64,000 bases of DNA from contig OZ245365.1 in NCBI GenBank assembly GCA_965226495.1, positions 4,128,001 through 4,192,000 of the forward strand, in the 5' to 3' direction. Each line of letters starts with the position of its first letter. The first letter of the stretch is position 1. Under the pieces are notes generated by a model. It was not told where the DNA came from, did not search any database, and worked only from the letters and a program-made list of their open reading frames with translations. Origin of the DNA: Candidatus Marinacidobacterales bacterium. GTDB lineage: Bacteria > Acidobacteriota > Vicinamibacteria > Marinacidobacterales > DATDRI01. Positions 49,820 through 58,855 of this stretch are shown here, piece after piece. The translations under genes were made by a program, and so were the position numbers.

Positions 49820-50210
49820 GGGCGAGGTCCACTATCCTTGGACCGACGACGTCATCGTGCGCTACGCGTCGTCGCTCGATCTCCCCTTCTCCCCTTTGGG
49901 GAGAAGGATGGGATGAGGGGCTATTCCTCGTCCATGGGAGAGTAAGTGTTAGAAGCAGGAACACGACTCGGCTCGTACGAAATCGTCGCGAGCATTGGCG
50001 CGGGCGGCATGGGCGAGGTCCACTATCCTTCGACCGACGACGTCATCGTGCGCACCGCGTCGTCGCTCGATCTCCCCTTCTCCCCTTTGGGGAGAAGGAT
50101 GGGTTGAGGGGCTATTCCTCGCCCATGGAAAGTAAATGTTAGAAGCAGGAACACGACTCGGCTCGTACGAAATCGTCGCGAGCATTGGCGCGGGCGGCAT
50201 GGGCGAGGTC
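49820..50210 (+). repeat. Tandem duplication of ~190 bp containing a family-B-like palindrome and the kinase 5' end
   Basis: Units 49820-50010 and 50011-50200, with GGGCGAGGTC at 49820, 50011 and 50201; palindromes at 49883-49920 and 50074-50111. Confidence 0.92.
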
Positions 50211-52517
50211 TATCGAGCGAAAGATCTCAAGCTCGGGCGTGACGTCGCGATTAAAGTATTGCCGAAGGAATTCGCTTCAGACCCCGAACGCCTTAGGCGA
50301 TTCGAGCAGGAAGCGAGAGCCGCCTCGGCTCTCAACCATCCCAACATCATTACTATCCACGACATAGGCGAGCAAGACGGCACGCACTACATTGCGATGG
50401 AGCTGGTGGAGGGGAAGACGCTACGTCAAGTACTCGAAGACGGTCCGGTCCCCACCACCAAAATGCTCGACTTCGCGAGCCAAGTCGGGCAGGGCCTCGC
50501 GAAGGCTCATGCCGCAGGCATCGTCCATCGTGATTTGAAGCCCGATAACCTGATGGTGACCAACGACGGCTTCGTGAAGATCCTCGATTTCGGGTTGGTC
50601 AAATTGTCGTCCCAACCCTCGAATCCCGACTCGCAAATGGCAACGATGAGCAAGATGCGAACCCAAGAGGGTGTCATCCTCGGTACCGTGCAATACATGT
50701 CCCCGGAACAGGCCGTGGGCCGGACGGTCGATTTCCGCTCTGACCAGTTTTCTTTCGGATCGATTCTCTACGAGATCGCGACCGGCAAACGCGCCTTCGA
50801 GCGCGAGAGCTTCGCACAGACGTTGACCGCGATTATCGAGAACGACCCAGAACCCGCGACGGCACTCAACCCCAATCTCCCCAAGCACCTCGGCGTCATC
50901 TTGAAACGCTGTTTGGCTAAAGATCCGAGCGAGCGTTACGAATCCACGCACGAGCTGGCCAGCGAGGTTGGACTTGTGAGCGCGGAGGATGTCGGCTCCC
51001 GAACGAAGGGCCTGCGATGGACCGTGGCTGGGATATTGCTCGCAGGGCTTGCTGTCGTCGTCGGGCTCAACGTGGATGGACTCCGTGAACGGCTGCGCAG
51101 CATGCCGAGCAAGACGGCTCCGGCACCACAGATGATCGTTGTCCTCCCCTTCGAGAACCTCGGCCCATCCGAGGACGAGTACTTTGCGGCGGGCATGACC
51201 GACGAAATCACGAGCCGCCTCGGTGCGGTCAGTGGGCTCGGTATCATCTCGAGGAAGAGTGCACTACGCTACGCTGGCACCGAAAAGTCCATCGGCGAGA
51301 TCGGCGAGGAGCTGGGGGTCGGCTACATTCTCGTTGGAAGTGTGCGCTGGGCCAGCGGCGGAGACGGTCCTACCCGAGTACGAATCACGCCGGAGCTCAT
51401 CCGCGCCTCAGACGGCACGCAGCTTTGGTCCGAGCCCTACGATAGGGTCATAGAGGATATTTTCGAGGTGCAATCGGACATCGCCGGCCAGGTCATCCAG
51501 CGGCTGGGCGTAACGCTTCTCGACATAGAGCATGCCCCTCTCACCTCCCGACCGACCGAGAACCTGGAAGCTTACACTCTCTACCTAAAGGGGCGGCACT
51601 TCTGGAACAAAAGAACCGAGAAGGACATCCAGACCGCCCTCGACTATTTTCAACAAGCCGTTGATCTGGACCCTGGTTACGCGCTAGCTCACGTCGGAAT
51701 CGCCGACGTTTGGATCTTTCGCGGATGGTATAGCGTCCTGGCCCCGAAGGAGACTTTCCCGAAGGCCAAGGCGGCGGCGCTCAAAGCGTTGCAGTTCGAC
51801 GAGACGTCGGCAGAAGCGCACACGTCACTCGCCCATATACACTTCGAGTTCGATCACGACTGGGAGGCGGCAAGGAAAGAATACCAGCGCGCCATCGAGC
51901 TCAATCCGCGCTACCCCACCGCCCACCACTGGTATGGCGGCTTCTTGTCAGCCATGGGGCAGCATAAGGAAGGGCTGAGCCAAGCCGAGAAAGCGCGGGA
52001 GCTTGATCCGCTATCGCTGATTATTAATACGTGGATAGGCCTGCGTCACTACTTCGCGGGACGGTACGAGGTGGCCATTGAGGAATACAAGAAAGCGCTC
52101 GAATTGGGTTCCGCTTTCGCACCCGGGCACTGGCATTTGGGGTGGGCCTACGAGCAAGCGGGCCGCTATCCGGAGGCAATCGCGGAAGCGCAACGAGCAA
52201 TAGAATTATCGAACGGCAGCCCACTCTACATTGCCTCACTCGGCCACGCCTTTGCCAAGGCAGGGCATGAAGAGCAAGCGCGAACGGTTCTCGAGCAGCT
52301 GGAGCAGGAGTCTGCAACAAGACACGTGTCCGCGTACCACGTTGCGGTTATTCACGCGGCCCTAGGTGATACCGACGAGGCGTTCGATCGGCTAGAAGGA
52401 GCTTTCGAGGAGCGTTCCCCTTGGATCGGCTATATGAAGGTCGACCCTCGGGTCGACCCACTCAGGTCAGACCCGAGGTTCGATGACATACTTCTTAAAG
52501 CGCGTCTCGACTTTTGA
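50136..52517 (+). CDS. Hanks-type Ser/Thr protein kinase with TM, TolB-like and TPR domains
   Basis: GAGGMGEVY, VAIK, HRDLKPDN, DFG, YMSPEQ; IVVLPFENL; TPRs; LRSDPRF end. Confidence 0.95.
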   Translation: MLEAGTRLGSYEIVASIGAGGMGEVYRAKDLKLGRDVAIKVLPKEFASDPERLRRFEQEARAASALNHPNIITIHDIGEQDGTHYIAMELVEGKTLRQVLEDGPVPTTKMLDFASQVGQGLAKAHAAGIVHRDLKPDNLMVTNDGFVKILDFGLVKLSSQPSNPDSQMATMSKMRTQEGVILGTVQYMSPEQAVGRTVDFRSDQFSFGSILYEIATGKRAFERESFAQTLTAIIENDPEPATALNPNLPKHLGVILKRCLAKDPSERYESTHELASEVGLVSAEDVGSRTKGLRWTVAGILLAGLAVVVGLNVDGLRERLRSMPSKTAPAPQMIVVLPFENLGPSEDEYFAAGMTDEITSRLGAVSGLGIISRKSALRYAGTEKSIGEIGEELGVGYILVGSVRWASGGDGPTRVRITPELIRASDGTQLWSEPYDRVIEDIFEVQSDIAGQVIQRLGVTLLDIEHAPLTSRPTENLEAYTLYLKGRHFWNKRTEKDIQTALDYFQQAVDLDPGYALAHVGIADVWIFRGWYSVLAPKETFPKAKAAALKALQFDETSAEAHTSLAHIHFEFDHDWEAARKEYQRAIELNPRYPTAHHWYGGFLSAMGQHKEGLSQAEKARELDPLSLIINTWIGLRHYFAGRYEVAIEEYKKALELGSAFAPGHWHLGWAYEQAGRYPEAIAEAQRAIELSNGSPLYIASLGHAFAKAGHEEQARTVLEQLEQESATRHVSAYHVAVIHAALGDTDEAFDRLEGAFEERSPWIGYMKVDPRVDPLRSDPRFDDILLKARLDF

Positions 52518-52584
52518 CAACAGGAGCGCCGATGCGTGCGCCGGCTACTCCCCATCGGCGCGAATTTAGGCTGCCGCTCGCCTT

Positions 52585-52905
52585 CTAACTTCCCGGAGAC
52601 TTGTAGGAAACGGCCTTCTTGACCGCCTCGTCCATGTCTTGTGGCGTCATCAGGGCGGTGGTCTTCACCTTCACTGCGCCGGAGGCGTTTGTCGCCAGCG
52701 ACACCGCGGTGACGGTCGCGTGATCCGGTGCGTCGAGAACGAGATAGACATCGTCATCTCCGAGCGCAAAGTAGAACGACTCCACCTTGCCCCCAAGAGG
52801 CGCCAAAGCCTCTTCGACGGCTCGAACCCGCTTCGATCCGCCGTCCTTGATTAGCCCCTTCACACCCTCTGTGGTGTAGGACCCACGAATGAGGTACTTA
52901 GCCAT
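52585..52905 (-). CDS. GYD-domain protein
   Basis: YTTEGVKGL, LGGKVESFYFALGDDDV; GGAGG RBS. Confidence 0.85.
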   Translation of the reverse strand: MAKYLIRGSYTTEGVKGLIKDGGSKRVRAVEEALAPLGGKVESFYFALGDDDVYLVLDAPDHATVTAVSLATNASGAVKVKTTALMTPQDMDEAVKKAVSYKSPGS

Positions 52906-53051
52906 GACTCCTCCTTCCGAGAGATTGGGACTCTCCGATCATCAGGAGTCGGACCCGCGAAGATGGAAGTAGTTAGGAGGCCCCGGGTTCGCCCTTTGGG
53001 TGCCCCGGAGGAAATTTTCCCTGCAGGAACACATGCCCAAGGGGTAACGGC

Positions 53052-53080
53052 AGCATAGGAGTAGGCCTCCGCGGAGTCAA
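53052..53080 (-). promoter_or_regulatory. Sigma70-type promoter for the GYD gene
   Basis: TTGACT (53075-80) - 17 nt - TATGCT (53052-57). Confidence 0.6.
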
Positions 53081-53128
53081 GTGCTCAGGTTGGCGGCTGG
53101 AACCGTTTCTAGCGTGCGAGGCCGAGTG

Positions 53129-53989
53129 CTAGGAACACTTGCCGCAAAAGTCGCCGTGGCCGTAATGCGCGGGCAACGCAGACTTGGATATCGAGAGCGT
53201 TTTCTTGTTCTTGTGACATACGAGGATCTTATTGGAGTTCTTCGGATCGGTTACGCTGCATTCCGGAACGTTCGTGTCGCCGACGTCCGTCCGGTCGTCG
53301 TCTTCTTCTTCCTGTAGCTTGATTTCCCGAGCGAAGACACCCTGGGTACCATCGACCATCCGCCACTAGCCTTTCACGTGTACGCGCTTCCCTTCCACGT
53401 CTTCCAAGTCGATTCTACGATTGCCTTTGCGTATGGCGGTCTCGCCCCCGCTCGAGACGACGAGCTCGTCGTTCACGCGAAGGGTTCCGTTGTTGGCGTG
53501 GCCGTCCTCTAACTGTACATCACTTGCCATTCCCTCGAGCTCCACGTCACCGTGGCCAATTCCGTTGCGCTTCTCCATGAGCAGGATTACCGTACCGTCG
53601 TCGTTCAAATCCACCAAGATGGAAAGCTGCTGGTTAGGCATGACTTCCTTGAACCGAATCCGGCCGATCCGAGTCCCATTCGCGTCTCGGAAGATGAGCG
53701 TGAAGACACCTTCTGGGAGTCCCCGGAGTGTGAAAGAACCGTTGGAGCCGACCGCAACTCGGATCCCTGTGTCGTTGCCGTCACTATCCAAGACTTCGAC
53801 GGTGACTCCAGCGAGATCCGTCGCGGACTGTGCCCGAAGCGCCAGCGGCGAGCGTCCGTCCGATGCGAACCGCCCAGTTAAGTTGACTCCATCTTGCGAG
53901 GGAGACGTCGGGCTAGAACCACCACAACTAACCACGAGAGAGCTCAACAGCGCGACAGCAAGTAACGTCCAGATTGTTCGATGGAGCAT
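53129..53989 (-). pseudogene. DUF5666-like lipoprotein interrupted by an in-frame TAG
   Basis: Lipobox VVSC; ...RVHVKG*WRMVDGTQGVFAREIKLQ continues in the same frame across TAG 53366-68 to a CH...AHYGHGDFCGKC tail. Confidence 0.7.
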
Positions 53990-54204
53990 GATCGTCTCCC
54001 TTGGACTCCGGCACACTTCCCGGGTTGTGGCTGGGGACCAATAGATCATGGTAGCAACGAGGGTCCGGAGACGACATGATCTGGGTCACTCAATGGACCC
54101 TCAAATTCTGTGTGGAAATTCCAACACTCGTTGGCACGAGCGCTACAACTCAGGAAAAACCGGAAGGATTCGGCGAAGTATTCGGCGTTGGTGTTGGCGC
54201 TCGC

Positions 54205-55344
54205 TTATCTCAAGCTCTGCGCCGCTTCCACCATGACTTGAAGCTTGCGAAACGCTATCTCGGAGCTAGCGATGGGACGGTTCGAGAAAGTACCGAAGCC
54301 GCAGTCCGGGTTGAGGAAGATGCTTTCCGCAGGATAATGCGCCAGCGCGCCCTCGACGCTGCGGCGGATGGTTTCAGGAGATTCCATTTCGTCCGTGCGC
54401 GGATTGACTACTCCGAGACCCAGCTCCTTGCCATCGAACGGGAGGACGTCGCCCGCTCGCTCGGTGGCGTATTCTAGGACGAGCTGTCGCGCGTCCATCC
54501 GACCCAGACTCGACCGCAATGGATGGTAGCTCCCGCGCAAAAGCGTCGACTCGTCCCGGCTCCAGTTCCCGCGGCAAACGTGAACACCGGTACGCACGTT
54601 GTCAAACCCTTCGAGCACTCGGTTGATCAGTGTGGTGGCGAACTCCAACTCTTCTTCTGGATCCTGGCGCGCGGCTAGCGCCGCGCACATGAACGTTCGC
54701 GTCTGACCTTGGGTAAATACGAGCTCCGTCAATACCGGCTCGTCGAGCTGAATGAAGCTGGCGCCGGCCGCAATCAGGTCCTCGATCTCCTCTCTTAGCA
54801 TCGCCACGACATCTTCCGCCAGCAACTCCTTTGTGGAATAAACGCCTCGGGTGATTTCCTTGACGAACATCGAGCGCGTGAGAAGGTACGGCCCGGGAAG
54901 CGGCACCTTGATGGGTTTGTTGGTATGTTTTTTCAAGAACGCGAGCTCGTTCAGAGCCAGTGACTCGCGGCGACGAATTTTCCCCACGCAGCTCGGATTG
55001 CTGAGCGAGTAAGCAGGCACGTCCAAAGTCTGCAAAATCTTCTCGAAACCGGCCCGGTCCTCGACGACTTCCGCCAACTCGGCAAGAGTCATGAGCCGAA
55101 CGCCCTCGAGCTTTTCGGCGACGAACGAATAGAAGTTATCCCGCCGTTGCTCGCCGTCGGTCACGATGTCCACGCCGGCTTCCTCTTGCTGGCGAAGAAC
55201 TTCCAAGACCGCCTTGTCGGCGGCGAGATCGAACTCCTCCAGAGGAAGTCGACCGAGGCGCTTCAGTTTCTGCGCCTTCAATAGCGCGGGCGAGCGCGGC
55301 CAGCTCCCCACGGTTGTGACGGGGAACAGCGGTAGCTCGGTCAT
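54205..55344 (-). CDS. Single-domain cobalamin-independent methionine synthase (MetE C-terminal-like) family protein
   Basis: TVGSWPR, TDGEQRR, IQLDEP; Zn ligands HVC, E (LEYA) and PDCG; 379 aa only. Confidence 0.88.
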   Translation of the reverse strand: MTELPLFPVTTVGSWPRSPALLKAQKLKRLGRLPLEEFDLAADKAVLEVLRQQEEAGVDIVTDGEQRRDNFYSFVAEKLEGVRLMTLAELAEVVEDRAGFEKILQTLDVPAYSLSNPSCVGKIRRRESLALNELAFLKKHTNKPIKVPLPGPYLLTRSMFVKEITRGVYSTKELLAEDVVAMLREEIEDLIAAGASFIQLDEPVLTELVFTQGQTRTFMCAALAARQDPEEELEFATTLINRVLEGFDNVRTGVHVCRGNWSRDESTLLRGSYHPLRSSLGRMDARQLVLEYATERAGDVLPFDGKELGLGVVNPRTDEMESPETIRRSVEGALAHYPAESIFLNPDCGFGTFSNRPIASSEIAFRKLQVMVEAAQSLR

Positions 55345-56165
55345 CCGCGAGTCTTCTCGAAGAAGGATTGCTTGTCGACCGCGTCAGATAAAGGTTCGAA
55401 CCCGCTCGTGCGCGCGGGCAGCCACTCTTTCAGGCCTTCGAGATCCATCATCTCGCGATGCTTTGGATTGTCGTAGCTCATGGAGAAGAGCACGTCCAGC
55501 CATTTCTTCTCTCGATCCGGAGGAAAGTCCTCACGTACTGTAAAGACACAATGGTCGAAGCGATCGGTCGAGGCTAGGATCTCGAACTCGCTAGCGTTGA
55601 CAGTGCCGTCCTTGGTCCACCCGTCCCAGTTCAGATCGATCATGGCCGAGCAGTGCGCCTCCCCTTTCTCGAGACACCTGAAGGCCTCGAGCTCACCACC
55701 CACGTGGTCGCCATGCTTTCCTACGAGAACGTCGAACCGCTTGACGTGAAAATCGTCTCCCGCCGTCAGGCCGTGGCGCTCTAGAAAACCCAGGGGGATC
55801 AATGTGGCCTGAGGCGAGTCTTTGGCTCCAACCGCCACTGTCTTGCCGCTCAAGTCCGCTACCTTGCCGACCCCGGAACCCTTGCGAACGACCAGATGCG
55901 TTACGCGGTCCCGGTCGGAATCCCGCATCGCGATGGCACGACAGGTACCACCGGAGGCCCGCTGAGAGTCGAGCCACGCGAGGGGCGAGTTCCAGGCCAT
56001 CTCGATGTGTCCTTTGACGAGCGCATCCACCTGCAGCTCGTAGTTCGTGTAGAACACGACATCCATGGGACAGCCGTGCTCCTCGAAGAACTCGCGGATG
56101 ATGTCCCAGATGACCGAGACTTTCGGATCGTACAAAACGGCGCCGACGATCACCGGCTTACTCAT
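55341..56165 (-). CDS. PhnD/SsuA-fold substrate-binding-like protein without signal peptide
   Basis: GAVLYDPKV start, AWNSPLAW, DLSGKTVAVG, DSPQAT, GKHGDHVGGE, FDHC. Confidence 0.8.
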   Translation of the reverse strand: MSKPVIVGAVLYDPKVSVIWDIIREFFEEHGCPMDVVFYTNYELQVDALVKGHIEMAWNSPLAWLDSQRASGGTCRAIAMRDSDRDRVTHLVVRKGSGVGKVADLSGKTVAVGAKDSPQATLIPLGFLERHGLTAGDDFHVKRFDVLVGKHGDHVGGELEAFRCLEKGEAHCSAMIDLNWDGWTKDGTVNASEFEILASTDRFDHCVFTVREDFPPDREKKWLDVLFSMSYDNPKHREMMDLEGLKEWLPARTSGFEPLSDAVDKQSFFEKTRG

Positions 56166-57316
56166 TAGAAGAGCTCCATGCCGCAAAGGGCGCGGCCGAT
56201 GAACTCGTGCGCCACATCGGTCGTCGGAGCCATGATGCCGGAGGCCCTAGCGTCTCGGAAATGCCGCTCGACGGCGACGCGGCGGCCGAACGCGGCTCCG
56301 CCACATGCCCGCATACCGATCTCAGTAACCGCCATCGCGGTTTCCGAAGCCGCCGCCTTCGCTTCAAGGACCAGAAGTTGAGTGACTTCGTTCGGCTGCT
56401 CGACCGAATCGATGACGCTGACGAGATGCGCGCGGCCCCGGTCGGTTTCGATACGCATCCGCGCGAGTCGGGCCCTCAGGTTGGGAAGCTCCGATAACGT
56501 CGACCCGAGGTGTTCGAATCGGCTGGACGTCAAGTGTTTCGTGGTGGCCTGGACGGCCGCCTCGGCGATTCCCACTGAGATGGCAGCATTCCCAATCTGA
56601 AACCACGGAAGCACGACCCCCAGCATGGTATCGAATCCCTTGCCCTCGTCGGAGAGCGCACGATCGGAAGGGATTGAGACGCGCTCGAGCTTCATGGGAG
56701 CGCTCGCGTTTCCTCTCATGCCGTGGGCGTCCCACGAGCCCGAGACATCTAAGCCCGCATCTTCAGCGAGCACGAGGTACAACATGCTCTCGGTAGGGGC
56801 GGTGCCGTCCGCCCAACCGGTGGAGACCACGTAGCCCGCGGCTATTCCTGCCGACGTAACGAATGACTTGTCCGCAGTGATATGAATTTGACCGTTCACT
56901 TTCTCCGCGCGGCTCACCGGGGCCCAGAAATGACTGCGGGAGCCTCGCTCGCTCCAGGCCAAGGTGGAGAGATGATCGCCTTTTGCCGCCGCTTCCAGAT
57001 ATTTAGCGGTGGTCTTCGATTTCGCGTTGTAGCAAGCGATGCCGCACAAATGCATCATGTAAATCATTCCGGTAGACGCGCAACGCTGCGAGAACTCATC
57101 GAGCACCGCACATCCGACACGGGGGCCTTGCCCCATGCCTCCATATTCCTCAGGTACATTCAGGCCAAGAAAACCGGCATCGCCGAGTGCACGGATCCCT
57201 TCGGTGGGAAAGGTGCTTTCCGAGTCTACGCGGGACGCATGGGGTGCAAGACTCTCGTCGGCCAGCTTTGATGCGCGGTCGATGATTTTCTTTTCTTCTG
57301 AATTCAAGCGGTACAT
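56165..57316 (-). CDS. Acyl-CoA dehydrogenase-fold flavoprotein
   Basis: VPEEYGGMG, LAWSE, KSFVTS, GMRGNAS, ERHFRDAR; start MYRLN after GGAG. Confidence 0.88.
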   Translation of the reverse strand: MYRLNSEEKKIIDRASKLADESLAPHASRVDSESTFPTEGIRALGDAGFLGLNVPEEYGGMGQGPRVGCAVLDEFSQRCASTGMIYMMHLCGIACYNAKSKTTAKYLEAAAKGDHLSTLAWSERGSRSHFWAPVSRAEKVNGQIHITADKSFVTSAGIAAGYVVSTGWADGTAPTESMLYLVLAEDAGLDVSGSWDAHGMRGNASAPMKLERVSIPSDRALSDEGKGFDTMLGVVLPWFQIGNAAISVGIAEAAVQATTKHLTSSRFEHLGSTLSELPNLRARLARMRIETDRGRAHLVSVIDSVEQPNEVTQLLVLEAKAAASETAMAVTEIGMRACGGAAFGRRVAVERHFRDARASGIMAPTTDVAHEFIGRALCGMELF

Positions 57317-57348
57317 GGGTTTAGACTCCTCCGGTAGGCGGCCAACTA

Positions 57349-57798
57349 TTAGAGCACAACTTTCAACGTGAGCTCCAAATCCACCACCGGCCGCAAGGTG
57401 CGCACCAGAGGCGATTTGGCCAACACTTCGTCCCAAACACGGCGTACCTTTTCTTCTCCGTCGACAGAGCTCGCATACACCTGGATGCGGATCCTTTCGA
57501 TTCCGGGATGGCCTTCTTCCCCGACGACGTCTAGGTACGTCAGCGGGTTGTTGACCGCACCGTGGACCACCGCCTCGACGTTATCCACTTCGACCCGGCG
57601 TTTTTTTGCGAGAGTGAAAAGACCGTTCGCAACATCCGACCCGAGGGCTCCAAGCACGTACTCGAGAGAGGTGATGTGCGGATATTCCTGATCGAACTGT
57701 AGTGGCGCGCCGACCGCGAATTGGTGTTTCCTAACGAAAACGGTCGCCAGGTTCTTGTCTCTGGCGCCGACTCTCAGGTTCCACTCGAAAGGTTCCAT
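57349..57798 (-). CDS. OsmC-fold protein lacking cysteines
   Basis: LEYVLGALGSD and KSPL at the usual OsmC/Ohr Cys positions. Confidence 0.7.
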   Translation of the reverse strand: MEPFEWNLRVGARDKNLATVFVRKHQFAVGAPLQFDQEYPHITSLEYVLGALGSDVANGLFTLAKKRRVEVDNVEAVVHGAVNNPLTYLDVVGEEGHPGIERIRIQVYASSVDGEEKVRRVWDEVLAKSPLVRTLRPVVDLELTLKVVL

Positions 57799-57883
57799 CG
57801 TCGCTGTGCTCGCGTCGAGCCTATCATAGCGTGGTCACAACGCTCGGTCTCACATCCAGGAGGAGGACGCCGCGGCGTCCAGC

Positions 57884-58729
57884 TTACGGCACGATCCCGA
57901 AGATGCGGCTAGCCGCTCCGGAGCCACCCTGAATCTTCATCGGCGCCACCACCAACCATGCGCCGGCGGCGGGCAGAGCGTCCACGTTGGCGATCAGCTC
58001 GATCTGGTACTTCCCGGCCCGGTGCATCTCGATATGCACTTGATTGAAGGGATCCGTCTTTAGAGAAATGGCTAGAGCGTCGGTGGACAGAGAGTCGGCT
58101 GCAACGGCGTTGATGTCGCGGTTCTCCAAGAGCCATCGAATGGCATCCGGGGAAAATCCGGGAAAGTGCAACTCTCCGGCCTCGTCCAAACCTAGAAACG
58201 CCATCGGATCGGAATACTTGGCACTCCAACCGCTGTTCATAATGATCACCGCGCCCGGGGGGATCTCTCCATTCGCCTGCTCCCACACCTCGAGGTCATC
58301 AACCGACACCATGTAGTCCGAATCAGCCGCGGCTTTCGCCTTCACATCCACGACCACCGCAGGCGCCACCAAGCGCTCGAGCGGTATCTCATCTATGGCT
58401 TCTTTGTCTTTGCCGGGAAACCAGTGGTTCGGAGCATCCACGTGCGTCCCCGAGTGCTCCGTCACCTGATACCAGTTCCAGTACCAGGTGTTCATTCCCG
58501 GTTCGTTCCATTTGGAGATCTCGTTGAGCTTGAACGGAACGCCCTGCCCCAAGTGGGGAGGCGCCTGAAACTCCGGCATCCCTTCATGGTACGGATGGGA
58601 TAGGTCGACCAGAGAGTAGTTCCCTGCCGCGAGCACGTCTGCGATCGTGGGCGCGGGTGTCTCAGGGGGCGCGCAAGAAGTGAGCCACGCGATTCCCCCG
58701 ATCCCAAAGACAAACGTCATGGGTCTCAT
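57884..58729 (-). CDS. Cyclase / kynurenine formamidase family lipoprotein
   Basis: EHSGTHVDAP metal motif, FPGFS, GGSGAASR; lipobox LTSC. Confidence 0.9.
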   Translation of the reverse strand: MRPMTFVFGIGGIAWLTSCAPPETPAPTIADVLAAGNYSLVDLSHPYHEGMPEFQAPPHLGQGVPFKLNEISKWNEPGMNTWYWNWYQVTEHSGTHVDAPNHWFPGKDKEAIDEIPLERLVAPAVVVDVKAKAAADSDYMVSVDDLEVWEQANGEIPPGAVIIMNSGWSAKYSDPMAFLGLDEAGELHFPGFSPDAIRWLLENRDINAVAADSLSTDALAISLKTDPFNQVHIEMHRAGKYQIELIANVDALPAAGAWLVVAPMKIQGGSGAASRIFGIVP

Positions 58730-58855
58730 TTTTCCTCCCCGTTGTCCTTCAACGCCGGCGACTCTTTGCTGGCCCACCAACCATAATAAAAACGAACATC
58801 CGGATCAAAGCCCGGAAATGACAGCCTGACCGTTTGCCGCTAGTATGAGGCGGCC

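Noticed and set aside
49820-50200. Diversity-generating retroelement TR/VR pair
   Set aside because: Differences are not adenine-specific, the coding part is invariant, and no reverse transcriptase is present
53366-53368. Pyrrolysine or alternative genetic code
   Set aside because: TAG is the normal stop of many genes here (e.g. 1977-79, 3878-80, 8448-50) and no pyl genes are visible
54050-54160. Sigma54 promoter upstream of the DUF5666-like gene
   Set aside because: GG-to-GC spacing on the minus strand is 9 rather than 10 nt, and the + strand TGGCAC lacks the downstream TTGC
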